The notes: generated by a model from the sequence alone, not told the origin. Counted from the stretch's first letter, positions 25,702-38,138 are shown. The stretch is 64,000 bases of DNA from Negaprion brevirostris (GCA_030324005.1 JARDVH010000133.1:16478907-16542906), one strand, 5' to 3'. Translations and numbers: made by a program.

Positions 25702-26577
25702 ATAGAGTTCCAAACATCAGTGAATTGTAATATCTTCACATTGACGTACTGATAAGGATATGGATCTAGGGATGTTGGGCACTTTGTGTAACTTTGTCCA
25801 AGTGGCCATCATTTGTATGTCATTGTTGACAGAGCACCTTTGGCAGTTTATTCAGAATGGCATCAGAGTTTGCCGTAACACTGTAATCATTCAACAGGAG
25901 TCACTGGATAGAGACTTCAAAGAGAAATTTGGCCCCTTCCCTACCTCTTCCCTAATCCTGGATATTTTGGCCAGTTCCAGCACCTTCTGTCATCAACCAA
26001 CCAGCTCAGGATAAATTAAGAATTGTATCTGGGATATTCCTCATCAATAGACCCACGTTTTTCAAATATTGGTGCTAAGGTCTGTGAACCACTGTGTCAA
26101 AAATCAGAGGACACCAAAGGGAAAGTCAGAAAAGCACTAAGAACCCGAAAAATAAATGTGTGTTCGAGTGTATTCAGTTGTAATGTGAGGGCACAAAAGC
26201 CGTTTAATTAAAACCACTCTCTCCTGACTTTGCCAATGTTTCATTCTCGCTGGAGTTTGGGGCGATGAATTAGCATCTTGTACAAACTCAGAAGAGAATC
26301 AAAATAATGCAAATGTTTTGTTTCAGAAATAAAATATTTCACCTTCCACTTTGCCAGAGAGGGGAGAACAGACAGCCATAATAATTGTCCAGGATTCACT
26401 AACATAGCAAAAAAAAACTGGATTACCTCAAGTCTGAACTTGAGAAGGATATTCCAATATATACAGTCGATGTAAAACACTATCGATTTATTTTGCTGAA
26501 AGCTTCCTTAAGAATAGTTGACAACCATGCTATTGTCTTACAGCACGGTCAGTGTGACCATACCTCACACGTAGCAG

Positions 26578-26880
26578 GCGACGGTGCAGAGGGATCTCAG
26601 GGTCCTTGTGCACGAGTCGCAAAAACACAGCCTGCAGGTGCAGCAGGTGGTCAGGAAGGCTAATGGGATGCTGGCCTTCATAGCGAGGGGGATTGAATAT
26701 AAAANNNNNNNNNNNNNNNNNNNNNNNNNNNNNNNNNNNNNNNNNNNNNNNNNNNNNNNNNNNNNNNNNNNNNNNNNNNNNNNNNNNNNNNNNNNNNNNN
26801 NNNNTGGCGGGGCAGGCTCGAAGGGCTAGATGGCCTACTCCTGCTCCTATTTCTTATGTTCTTATGTTTATGTTCTTATG
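26578..26880 (+). mobile_element. Young CR1 LINE fragment (gap inside)
   Basis: QRDLRVLVHESQK..LQVQQVVRKANGMLAFIARGIEYK; tail (ttcttatg)n; CpGs retained. Confidence 0.9.
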
Positions 26881-26978
26881 TACAATGTCATGCTTGGGTG
26901 TCTTCAACAGAGCCTCTCTTTTGTTGAGTAGCGCACATCTGGCTCCTGAATTGCTAGGATTTCTTTGGTTAGGGTTAC

Positions 26979-27277
26979 CTGCAGAAGGATGTAAATCCTG
27001 ACAACTTCACTATGCTGGAGCAACTTGAGGTCAGTATGAGGCATGAAATCAGTTGAATCCTTTCAGACATAATTTCAAAAGCTGCGGGCAGTGCTGTGTT
27101 CATGTCATAATTTGTAATCCAGTGATGTGGTTTAGACACATTCTCGACAACTGGCTGCAGCAATTAAACAGACTGGGATCTTAAACATTGTAGTGTTTGC
27201 TGAATACCAGAAACTCTATTTTTTCTTCAAAGGTAAATCCAGTTTTCACCTTGGCGCAGCGATCAAATACATCTTCC
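26979..27277 (-). other. Candidate exon C (coding part 27277-27181: EDVFDRCAKVKTGFTFEEKIEFLVFSKHYNV*)
   Basis: Acceptor 'tttgtaatttccag|G', possible donor 'CAG|gtaacc'; phase matches exon B. Confidence 0.4.
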
Positions 27278-28289
27278 CTGGAAATTACAAATGTTGATAT
27301 AGGTAGACAGGGAAATACTTATCAGATTAGAAATATTCTACTTCAGAGGAAATGCTGATCTATTTAAAATAGAAAGTAGGATGCTACAATGCAGATGGAG
27401 GGGGATCATACAAATCTGTTATTATCCTCAATCAAGCTATCGGAAAGTACATGATGATTTAATGCTTTAGGCATAGATCATATTTGTTCTCATTCTTTGT
27501 GTTAGTTTTGTATTAACTAGCAAAGCCAAGAAATTGGCGAACATGCTATTAACAATGGGCATCTGAAATCCCTCGCAAAATACCTTCACGCTGGATTCTA
27601 GCAATAGCAAAATTCAACTTTCTTCTGTTCTTGGTACAACCACATAACAAAAAAACAGGAATTTGAATGTAGGCCTGGAAATGGTTGAAAGCATAATGAG
27701 ATGTATGTGGGATCTTCTACTAGTGACAAAGGATAAAATCTCATTCCTCTCAGTCTTCACAAGACCTTCTTTTCTGACTGGCAAGATTGAGAAAGAAAGA
27801 TCTGAACTTTATGTTTAGAAATCAGGTGCACTCTGATCCAAACGCATGTAATATTGTGTTAAATTGCATCCAGCGACCATCCGGACATCATGGCGCATGT
27901 GTGCAACATCACCATTGATGGGCATGCGTGAAATTCGATGCCATTCCCGGCGACAATTAATGTGCCAATTAAGGCCATTAAAAAGCCTATTGACTGAGAT
28001 TTCACATTGCCTGTGTAATCTTTCACTCATCACATGAGGCAAGGAAAAAATGGGCAGGCAGGCAACACATATTTTAGCAAGTTGTCATCCAAGGGCAGAA
28101 TAAAAGGTCCCCGGAGCACAAGCACTTTCATTTCGTGAGTTTGCTGCTCTCATAGTTCAGAGTTCTGACAGATTTATTTTCCAATTGCTGTAGCTTTTTA
28201 AGCCTACCTAGTGTATTGAGGACCTTCTCTGAACACTTTGTCTGAGGATTGCAGCATTTGGAACCTGAGCCGCAAGGCATAGGGCCTTG

Positions 28290-29405
28290 TGCATCTCATC
28301 TATCAGTGTATCAGCTGGTGTGACCTCCTCTGAAGTGGAACAGAGGGGCAGGAGGGAGCAGAGGCCAGGTGAGCATGGGCAGCATCCCAGTGAGAGGGCT
28401 TTGGGAGGAGAGGCACAGGCTCAGTTGGTGCATGACCAGCATGGATGTCCACAGAAGATTTCATTACCCTGTGGCTAGAGTCTACAGGCAGCAGTTCAAC
28501 AACCTCAATGTGACTGAAGCCCAGTACCAAAGAAGGCTCCACCTCTCTCAGGATACAGTAACAAAATATGGTGGACACCCCATGCCAGTGATTTTGAAGA
28601 TCACAGTGGCCCTGAACCTCTACTCCATGGGTTCTTTCCAGGGATCAGTGGGGGATCTGTGTAGTGTGTCCCAACACAGTCACTCCAAACTCATCACTGA
28701 TGTTGTATTCAGACATGTCCTCACATTTATCCATTGCCAGACAGATAAGGACAGCCAGACTGAGAGAACCAAAGGCTTTGTTGGGTTTCGTCCACATCCA
28801 GGGTGTAATAGATTGCACTCAGTGGCCATTAAGGTGCTATGGTGAACCGATAGGGCTTCCACTCAAAGAACGTGCCTGCGACTACAGGACACAGATTGTG
28901 CAAACCTGTGCACGTTACTCTGGCAGCTTACATTTTGTGACAGTCACGGGTACCAAGGCTGATCATCACTCCAGTTCATTGGCTCCTGAGTGACAAGGTT
29001 ACCCTTGAAAAGATAGCTCATAATCCCACTCTCATTACCCAAACACAGAGGTGGAGGAGAGATCCAACAGGAGTCATGCCTCCACAAAGGTGGAAAGGAC
29101 CTTTCGGCTTCTCAAAACGGTCCTTTAGATACCTGGACCAAGCAGGGGAAGCATTGCAGTACCCTCCAGAATGCATCTCGCTTAGTCATTGCATGCTGCA
29201 CTCTGCACAAGCTAGCTCTGCAAAAGGGAGGAAAGCACTACAGGCTGAGAGTTGTGAGGCAGCTCCACAGGCCGCAGAGAATGACCCCAGTGACGGGTCT
29301 GATGAGCTCTGGGAGGTACAGGGTGAGGATGTGGGGATGGATGGGAGGAACCTTCAGGGAGGCTGAGACACCTGGAATGGCTTGATATTGCAATCCTTCA
29401 GCTAG
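28290..29405 (+). pseudogene. Harbinger (HARBI1-like DDE) transposase pseudogene
   Basis: RVYRQ...RRLHLS, KITVALNLYSMGSFQGSVGD, QGVIDCT, CARYSGS.H, DK.YPL, FRYLDQAGEALQYPPE; several frameshifts. Confidence 0.9.
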
Positions 29406-30131
29406 GCATCCAGGGCATCAATGCTACCTCATGCAAATGGCACTGTCTCCGATAAAAACAATTCTGATATGCTAGACTAACCCCAAGCTCCATCTGCAGA
29501 TTATGCAAGACTCTGCTGCATCTGACATCTATCACAATCATGAACACATTAAAGTAGCATCAATATTCATGTCAATTTCAATGCACCAAACAAACACATT
29601 CTGGCCGCACTGTGCAGCAACTCCAAAATATTCAACTCAAATAATGTCACCCATGACAAGTCTCTGTTGTGCTCATGTTACTTNNNNNNNNNNNNNNNNN
29701 NNNNNNNNNNNNNNNNNNNNNNNNNNNNNNNNNNNNNNNNNNNNNNNNNNNNNNNNNNNNNNNNNNNNNNNNNNNNNNNNNNNNNNNNNNNNNNNNNNNN
29801 NNNNNNNNNNNNNNNNNNNNNNNNNNNNNNNNNNNNNNNNNNNNNNNNNNNNNNNNNNNNNNNNNNNNNNNNNNNNNNNNNNNNNNNNNNNNNNNNNNNN
29901 NNNNNNNNNNNNNNNNNNNNNNNNNNNNNNNNNNNNNNNNNNNNNNNNNNNNNNNNNNNNNNNNNNNNNNNNNNNNNNNNNNNNNNNNNNNNNNNNNNNN
30001 NNNNNNNNNNNNNNNNNNNNNNNNNNNNNNNNNNNNNNNNNNNNNNNNNNNNNNNNNNNNNNNNNNNNNNNNNNNNNNNNNNNNNNNNNNNNNNNNNNNN
30101 NNNNNNNNNNNNNNNNNNNNNNNNNNNNNNN

Positions 30132-31265
30132 TCAGACTCAGAATGGTCCTTGTCATCAGCAGCCCTCTGACTGCCAGTGCTCCTGGGCACTCCCTGTCTC
30201 TGCTCAGTAACTCTGGTGAATTGATGTACCCTCACCACAGAGCAATATCCGTGGAGCTGACAGCCTAAAGCTCATAGATGTGTGAATATCATCACTGGTG
30301 CTTGCTGCAGCTCAGAGAGGTGTTAGTGTCTCATCTGCAGAAATTAAAGGGAAGTTCAGTGGAGATACTTGCAGAGAACCGTCCGCAGGAGGAAAATTAC
30401 ATATCGGTATATGCAAACATCACACAGTCACTGTGCGTTCTGAGTCAGCTGATGAGACAATGGAGACCTACAGCATGGTGTTATCTGCTTTGGAGTTTCA
30501 ATGGCTTTCTCACTGCAACATTTCCATTTCAGATGAGAGGACCCCACAATGTTTGCACACTCTGCTACACTTGGACTGCAGTTTTACCTTCATCCGAGGC
30601 CCCTGCCTCACCACGACCAGTGAAATGAGTTCTGTGGTGGCATTCTATCTCTGGTGCATCCATCTCATAGTGGGTCAGATTGGGAACCCCAATGCCCATT
30701 CCTCTGTGCTCCACTGCACTGTGGTCCCTCTCCTCCTGTAAGAGAAGAATAGAATTCATCATTAGCGCTCCCTCTCCCTGAAGCACCATTTCAATTTGCC
30801 CCTGCAAACCACCCCTGAGAACCAGACTGGTATACCTCACTCTCCAATGCACCCAGGCCAAATATACAGACGTCCGCACGTTGGCAGCACAAGCTTCAGT
30901 GCCAGTTGACACACATACTCTCACACTGCTGAGTGTCACAACGAACAACTATCCTGAGCACTGATTGCAAAGTCTCCTCCACTACATATATCCACACATT
31001 TTTGGCCATCTCTATACTCGCCCTTGCCAACCATAGATGATCATTAAACGTTGAAGCCATTGGCAGTGCACCACATCATGCCCACTGACCTTGGCAGAAA
31101 CCTCTGCCCAGGCCTCCTTGGTGACGAGTGATGGCCTCTTCTTGCCAGCCTTGGGCATCAAATGTCCTATCTGCCTCTACCAGAACTCCAAGGTATTCAT
31201 TGCAAAAACTGACTTGACTTGCCTTCCTGCCATCGGTACCTAGCAGCTGCAGAGCCAATTATTGC
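30132..31265 (-). pseudogene. Harbinger Myb/SANT-like accessory protein pseudogene
   Basis: F.NEYLGVLVEA..R, W.EV, and a segment resembling W.QC..RFND near 31040-31070; position convergent with the transposase. Confidence 0.6.
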
Positions 31266-31829
31266 AAAAAGTATTTCCTTCTTCCATTGTAGAAAATTCC
31301 CTCCACTTACCCCGCAACCACTGGCAGCCCTCAGAATGCTGCCTGGAGAGGTTTTAACATCCCTGTCAGGAACTCATGAATCGGTGAACTCATTCTCACC
31401 CTGCCCACACTGTCAGGCCAGCCAGAAGATATGTATCATAGCAGGCCTTGATTGTCCACCCAGAGTAAATTCGCAGTGAGAATGAGATTATGCATGGGAG
31501 CAGATTCTGCGTCATCCCCAGGTTCACCAATTTCCCATGTTTGCCAAGCGTGAAATTCAAGCCAAAAACTGTAACTTCCTTAATGATAACTTCCTCCTGT
31601 CTGGTCATCTGTTTCTGTTGATGCAGTTCACAGATGGCCACATTACGAATGCTTAAATCTCCAACTTACTAATGGATTCGATCAGCAAAGGTTTGTTTTC
31701 ACAGGTTGAAGTGGATTATTTGATTTGATTATTGGTCATCTTTGTGATGTTAAAATGAGTTGTTCTTCCTTTTGAACTCTTTATTTCAATGTCTGCATGG
31801 TTATTTGGACAAGATTAAGAGGTCTAAAG

Positions 31830-32364
31830 TGAGGCAAAGCTTCTGTTATTGATAGTATAATGGGCCTATTTGATTAACACTTTTTTTGGATTGTTATAGC
31901 AGCAGATGTTTTTATCAAAGCAAATTTTTGAATTTTTTTTTAAGTGTGTTTCAAGACTTGACATTATTATTACATAGCTAGCTGGTTCAATAGTGACTCT
32001 ATAGCATACTCTGTGAATGTAACATGGAGGTAGCATGGAGAGCATGGGTAGCATAGGACATAGAAGTGACATGGACATGGAGGGGACATGGAGATGGCAT
32101 AGGACATGTGAAATAGGCGGAGGGTGAGGGGTTGTGACCAGTGAGGCTCGAGAGCCTAGCAGCCTTTATAACAATTGGGGCAAAGTAACAAAGAACTGAA
32201 GTGAGTCTTCTAACCAGCCTGTCTCAGCACTCGCCTGCCTCCATAACTGCCTCCGTGGTGCCTCTGCAGGTGGCAGGCCTGACTCCATCTGGAAGGAAAA
32301 TAGTCTTCTGAGTCAGGAAATATCCTGATGCAAACTTCCCATTCCGAGGATCAAAATCTGCCCC
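31830..32364. mobile_element. Non-autonomous Harbinger-type fragment
   Basis: catgg repeat array 32020-32110; ends 'aaaatctgcccc'. Confidence 0.5.
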
Positions 32365-32654
32365 GGAGTGAAACTGAAAATGCTATAAGTTTTCGTCTCA
32401 CTATTTTGAAACGATCACTTGAGTTGCCAGAGGAGCAAAATGAAAATGTACTTTTTGATCACATATACAACATGATTATCGAAAGTGACCAAAGCAATTC
32501 TTTCTTCATTTTTGGCACCTTTGCCAATCAATCAAAATATGTCAGTGGAAAGGAAAATCTTTCTTAATATGGACTCACGTTTCAGATAATGGCCTTGTCT
32601 TTCTTTAGACTGTCCCTGCTTCACTCCTTGTGGCTGCTAGACATCTGAAAGTAT

Positions 32655-33051
32655 ACCTGGCAGTGACAACCTGTGTCAAGGAGCAGTGCTGGGAGCAGTG
32701 CCAACGGGCATTGCCAGGGCACAGCCTGACTATGCCCTTCTCCCCACCCAGAGCTATAGTGATCTTTGCACCCCCGGGGAGACAACTGTGACACGTTGAT
32801 ATCTGGTTGAACCTGTTGTAAACCTCACTGACATGATATCACGCTGGTGATGTACAAAAATCTGGTTGGGAGGGGAGAATCTGGTGAGGAGGGAAATTAA
32901 TTAAATTTAAATTTATTTAAATGAATAGAAATCAAGTTCTCTCCCAGCAAAAATCAGAGGTGGCAATCACATCGGCAAGATTTGCAATTTCTAGGTTTCA
33001 CCCGATCTTCAGCCCCTGTCAGAAATCACGTGGGGCTCTAGATTCCAGCCA
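32655..33051. mobile_element. Non-autonomous Harbinger-type fragment
   Basis: gtgcc/ggca motifs similar to 60560-60830; ends 'agattccagcc'. Confidence 0.5.
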
Positions 33052-33249
33052 GTGGGTTTTAAGGCAGACCTTAAAGTGAGGTAGAGGGGCTGAGAGATGG
33101 GGTGGGGTGATACCATGGAGGAATTTGAAAGGAATGATAATAATTGTCAAATAGCACAGCCCATGTTAAATATGCAAGTCTAGCAAATGGATATAGGTTG
33201 AAAATAGCTCTAATCCTAAATTCCTTTACATGCCTTCGATTGCTGCAGA

Positions 33250-33811
33250 CAGTGCCGGATTTAGACTTGGTGAGACCCTAAGCTATATAAAGCTTGGAGG
33301 CCCCTTGTTAAAAAGTTACACCAAAAGGGTCTCACAAAGGGGTGTGCCAAAACAGGATCTTGGGTCGCCACAAAAAAATTGAAAACATTTTAATTATTTA
33401 ATAGCAAGGTATTTAAAGTGAAAAATACAAATTATTTTCAAANNNNNNNNNNNNNNNNNNNNNNNNNNNNNNNNNNNNNNNNNNNNNNNNNNNNNNNNNN
33501 NNNNNNNNNNNNNNNNNNNNNNNNNNNNNNNNNNNNNNNNNNNNNNNNNNNNNNNNNNNNNNNNNNNNNNNNNNNNNNNNNNNNNNNNNNNNNNNNNNNN
33601 NNNNNNNNNNNNNNNNNNNNNNNNNNNNNNNNNNNNNNNNNNNNNNNNNNNNNNNNNNNNNNNNNNNNNNNNNNNNNNNNNNNNNNNNNNNNNNNNNNNN
33701 NNNNNNNNNNNNNNNNNNNNTAAATGTTCTCTTCATTGTAAACCTTCTGAAATTTTGTGAGGCCACTGCGGTTTGCAAGGCTTGTTTAGCTTCTGTCTAA
33801 ATCAGGCACTG
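33250..33811. mobile_element. hAT-type MITE with 17-bp TIRs and 8-bp TSD
   Basis: TIRs cagtgccggatttagac / gtctaaatcaggcactg (16/17 match); TSD gctgcaga at 33242-33249 and 33812-33819. Confidence 0.9.
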
Positions 33812-33899
33812 GCTGCAGACTGCTCTTTGAATGCAGAGATGAGAGTCCGTTAATTGAGAACGAGGAATGTTAAATCAATAATATTTGTGCCAAACACCG

Positions 33900-34292
33900 A
33901 GGCCAGAATTTTACCACCCCGCCTGCCACAGGAATTGGACTGGATGAGGAGCGCACGATGAAAAGGACCATTGACCTCGGGTGGGACTTTTAGATTTTTG
34001 AGACGAGTGAGGCATAAAATCCCACCCATAGGGCAGGATTTTCTGTCCACACTAGCCTCAAAGCCAGAAAATCATGCCCGNNNNNNNNNNTCCCTAGATT
34101 TTGTTGCTTGTCAACAAGAATTTGGAAATATCTGAATTTTTTAAGCATTTAATAGGTAGATGTTGGGGGAATTTTCCCCTCTCACTTCCACGGGAATCAT
34201 AGTGGGCGGGGATGGACGGTGCAAATGTCCCCATTGACCTCGGGCAGGACTTTCTGGTTTCAAGGCGAGCGTAGCCGGATATTCCCCACCCA
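33900..34292. mobile_element. Cluster of three MITE family 2 copies
   Basis: 33900-34028, 34031-34080 (truncated by gap), 34164-34292. Confidence 0.75.
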
Positions 34293-34493
34293 TTGATTCA
34301 CAAGATGCTAAATGTTAAGCCACAGATCAATCCGATGGTCAAAAGCGTGACTTGGTTTGGCAAGTTCCGTTTGTTCTTAGCTCTGAACATGAAATCCAAG
34401 ATGTTCCATCTTGATTTTGTTTGGCTCTTCCTGTAGGCTGAGGAGTGAGTCACACTTATTGCCCGTACAGATCTGTCGGCAGTGCAGACTCAC

Positions 34494-34640
34494 CCCGCTG
34501 CCCTTGCCACAGGAAGATGCATTGTAGAGATCAGTCTGCCGGGAAAAGACATTTTTTTGTAATGTATATGTACTTCAGGGAAAGACATCGTTTGAAGCTT
34601 TCGTGACCATACGTTCCATGCATTTACAGAACATCCACAT
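34494..34640 (-). other. Candidate exon B (147 nt, phase 2-2)
   Basis: Acceptor 'ctctgttctgtag|A', donor 'GG|gtgagt'; only one open frame: CGCSVNAWNVWSRKLQTMSFPEVHIHYKKMSFPGRLISTMHLPVARAAG. Confidence 0.45.
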
Positions 34641-35832
34641 CTACAGAACAGAGTAGATTTGCATTTGTTATATATGTCAGTGCATCATGAACCACACTAA
34701 TGTTTAATTTCTGTGACAAGAGAAATGGGTACACTGAAATCTCCAAGGTTAGTTCAGTATAAATCTAAGTCGCACGCAAACATCACTTTCAAACAAAGTA
34801 CTGTATACTAATGGCAAAGATGGGACAAAGTTACAATAATTCAAGACTTTACGGAACTGTTCACCATGCTTGCTGTTTGTGAGAGCGCATGGAAATGTGA
34901 AAGCGCCAGCTGCTAAAAAATGATTCCCTGAACAGCTTTTAAACCAACAAGTGAACGCAGTTAATTCATTCTTTCTTTTAATCACATTGCCCGGCAGTTT
35001 CCACTGCTTCTCAGTTTGGGTTAAGTCCAGCCCTTTTTATCCTCACTCTTAACTTCACTCTCCCCTGCGATATTGAATGTAGCTTAGCTGTAACAGCTTT
35101 TTAAAGAGGTGGCAATCCTCATTAGGTTCTATTGTCCCTGCATACTGTCAGATCTGAGCACAGATTTAGCAACATGTTGCAACACGACACAGCACATCTC
35201 TGCTTTAAAAACACTTCCAAGTTTGAAATGTGTCTGGTCCCTGGTGTGATAATGATGCAACAGAAAATGATTGTTATCTTTTAATTCTGTGATAATAAGA
35301 GGTAATAATGTAAAGCAGTAGACTTTACACAGTTTTCACTGCGTAAACAGACTTTATTCTGTCCGCTCTTCATCTGATCACAGTATCTCATTGTTATAAA
35401 TATTTATTTTATTGGATCAATTACCACGAACTGATATGTTATTTTGTCAAGAAAACTGGACACTTTCAAGCATATAATGTGAAACTTATAATGCCGCTCC
35501 ATGGTATAGCCCTGCACTACACCCGGGATAGGACCACCCTGAAGGAAATTTCTGGGAAGTTGCTCAGCTGATTGTGTGGTTTGGAAGTGAAAACACCGTG
35601 AACTTTCCTGGAACAACATTAATCGTCTATGATACATGTTCCAATTCTTAACATGCATTTGATACATAAGACTTCTGTGTAAGGGAAATGTAATGTCAGA
35701 GAATAACCTGCCGGATATTTTCAGAATATTAATTATTAATTTTGTGAAAAGAACCCAGAGTAATATACCTAAAGCATTCTGACCCAAATGAATGATAATC
35801 CTCAATATTTATAAAGGCTGGCTACTTTCAGA

Positions 35833-35887
35833 AGTAAAAAGTCTGACAACACCAGGTTTTAGTCCAACCGATTTATTTGGTAATAAA
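35833..35887. mobile_element. Terminus of an inverted-repeat (Penelope-like) element running into a gap
   Basis: 'gtaaaaagtctgacaacaccaggt' is identical to the hairpin arm at 38679-38702 (reverse complement). Confidence 0.6.
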
Positions 35888-35989
35888 NNNNNNNNNNNNN
35901 NNNNNNNNNNNNNNNNNNNNNNNNNNNNNNNNNNNNNNNNNNNNNNNNNNNNNNNNNNNNNNNNNNNNNNNNNNNNNNNNNNNNNNNGA

Positions 35990-36560
35990 ACCCGGCATGT
36001 TTCATGACTGGTCTCCATACACAGAAGCCAGTCCTGATGGCCACGCTGGGAGGCCACTGAAGCCCCCCCAGATGAATGGAGGACATGGTTGTTAGTGCCC
36101 TGGCAACGCTCCCTAGCGCCACCACTCTGGCAGTGCCAACCTGACACGCCAGGTTGACACTGTCAGAGTATCAGGCCAGAACTGGCAAGGGGCAGGACCT
36201 GAAGGGGATGGGTCGTAGACGACCCCATTGTGGGGCTTTTATCACTTGGGGAAGGAGGGTGTGGGGGCACCCTTTTGCCTGTGTGGTGTGGGGTGGGGAT
36301 GATCTGGATATTTAGTGATGAGGGATGGAAGAGAGGGTGTTTGCTCTTCTGGAGTTCATGAGTTGGGGCTGTTCTCCATGTCTGCGGGCGAAGAGAGGAT
36401 CGCAATGTATGTTGGGGTTGCTGCATGGAGAGGGGGACCTTCAATGTAACTCTAAGATTGGGTGCCCTCTTTGGAAGCTCTGCTGGCATCTTCAGATCCC
36501 CATTCGGGGGAATCGAGTGACAATCTCCCCAGGTTTCCACAAAAATTAGAAATGTTGAAT
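35990..36560 (-). mobile_element. Non-autonomous Harbinger-type fragment
   Basis: Similar to the reverse of 60270-60720 (ggca/tgcc arrays). Confidence 0.45.
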
Positions 36561-38138
36561 TGTGAATCAATTGGCGCTATGAGGCAGTAGTGTTAACCAC
36601 TGTACCACCGTGCTGCCCCTGGAAACAGAACAAGGACAAAATGTTGGAGTAAAAGTCCAAACTATCTTCACTCAGGACAGCAATGAACATGAAATATTTT
36701 TTAAGGGAGGGCGCAGACAAACAGAATGAGCTCAAGAGAAAAGGAGATATGTTTCTGCGCAAAGACTGTTGATAGGTATTGGGAGAATGATTGGAAATTG
36801 AGAACAATCAAAAAGGGCTGCAAAATGTGGTCAATTGGTCTTGTCTGAGTGAGTTTTCATCCATAGGACTAAATTATTAACCCAGTCCAAGTTTAATTTT
36901 CTCACTAATTCATTAATAATTTAATGACTACATTTAAAAAATACAATTTTTTGTAATTACTGTCTTAATAATAATTTTCTCAATTTACTCACTTATAATT
37001 TCAACATCCTCTTATTGCAAGCTCACCAATCTTGCCCATGAACAATGGCTGATCAACCAGTTGCGTTAAAGCAAGACAGGATGTTGGGACCAGTGTCATA
37101 AATATAAACAATGCGAACTCAAGACTAAATATCAGCAGGAGTCTCTTCACACAAATGGCACAAAGGATCTGATGCCAGGTTAGATGAATGAGATCCAGAA
37201 TATAAGGCTTGGAAACTGTGTAGACAGTATAATGTAATATAGACGGGTGACCGCAAAGTTTACAGGCTGAGTGAATGGGCTTAAATGGGAGTTTAGGTGG
37301 TTCTTGCCTGTCAGTGCAGATGGGCTGAAGGGCCTCTGCTGCACTGTATAATTCTGTGACTGGTCCTTTTGTCTTTGATATTTTTAGTACTCCAGTGTCA
37401 GGGCACAACGCAATGACTTTGTAACTCTCCAAGGGTGGGGAGGAATTATCACCTGAAGTAAAGTTTCCAGAGCATAAGCCAGGAGCAAACATAGTCACGA
37501 TGAGGTTATTCATGAGGGAAAACGACTTTCGCCATAGACGCTTCTTGCTGTTTGTTTTCCCTGTGGTTTCATGAACTGGAATCACACCAGCTGGTGTCTT
37601 TACTGCAGCTGTGCAGAGTGGATTAAAGCAGCATCTCATGGTATCAGACTGAAGCACGTAGTGTGAGTTAATGGAAAAGAACTTGGAACTCTCCACTTGA
37701 GAGCCATACCTAACCCAACAGGAGAATTCCAATGTGCCAAACCACATCCGTTGTATAGAATTCCTGAGATATGCACAGCGTTTCAACATATGATCCTGAT
37801 CCAAAAATAAAATGCTTCCTTGCCATCCTCATTTACACAGCTAGTCTGCCGAGTATCTATTGCATCATAAAGATTAAGAGGAGATACATAGGTAAATTGA
37901 TCTTGTACTTCCAACAGGGAATCGCACTGAAAAGCAACGCAGGTCACAGTCAAGCTACAGCACGACTGTGTTGAAACTCTGATCTGCATTTCCCACGAGT
38001 GTAATGTATGACTTAATTTACCTGCAATTTTAAAATAGTGCACTAACAAAAAGGAAACAATAACAAAAGGGAACATAATGAAGGATACAAGGTTGAGGTT
38101 TCTTAAGTTACTTATTCTGGAAAGTTCCAGATTGGAGT

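Larger units (their letters stand above)
27820..31563. mobile_element. Decayed autonomous PIF/Harbinger transposon
   Basis: Convergent transposase (+) and Myb/SANT (-) relics; right end 'gaaattcaagcc'. Confidence 0.8.

Noticed and set aside
28290-29405. Host HARBI1 gene
   Set aside because: Multiple frameshifts and transposon context with a convergent Myb relic; this is a dead transposon
36993-37009. In-frame TGA in 'RGC*' as selenocysteine (thioredoxin-reductase-like GCU)
   Set aside because: No thioredoxin reductase similarity and no SECIS identified; a nonsense mutation is simpler
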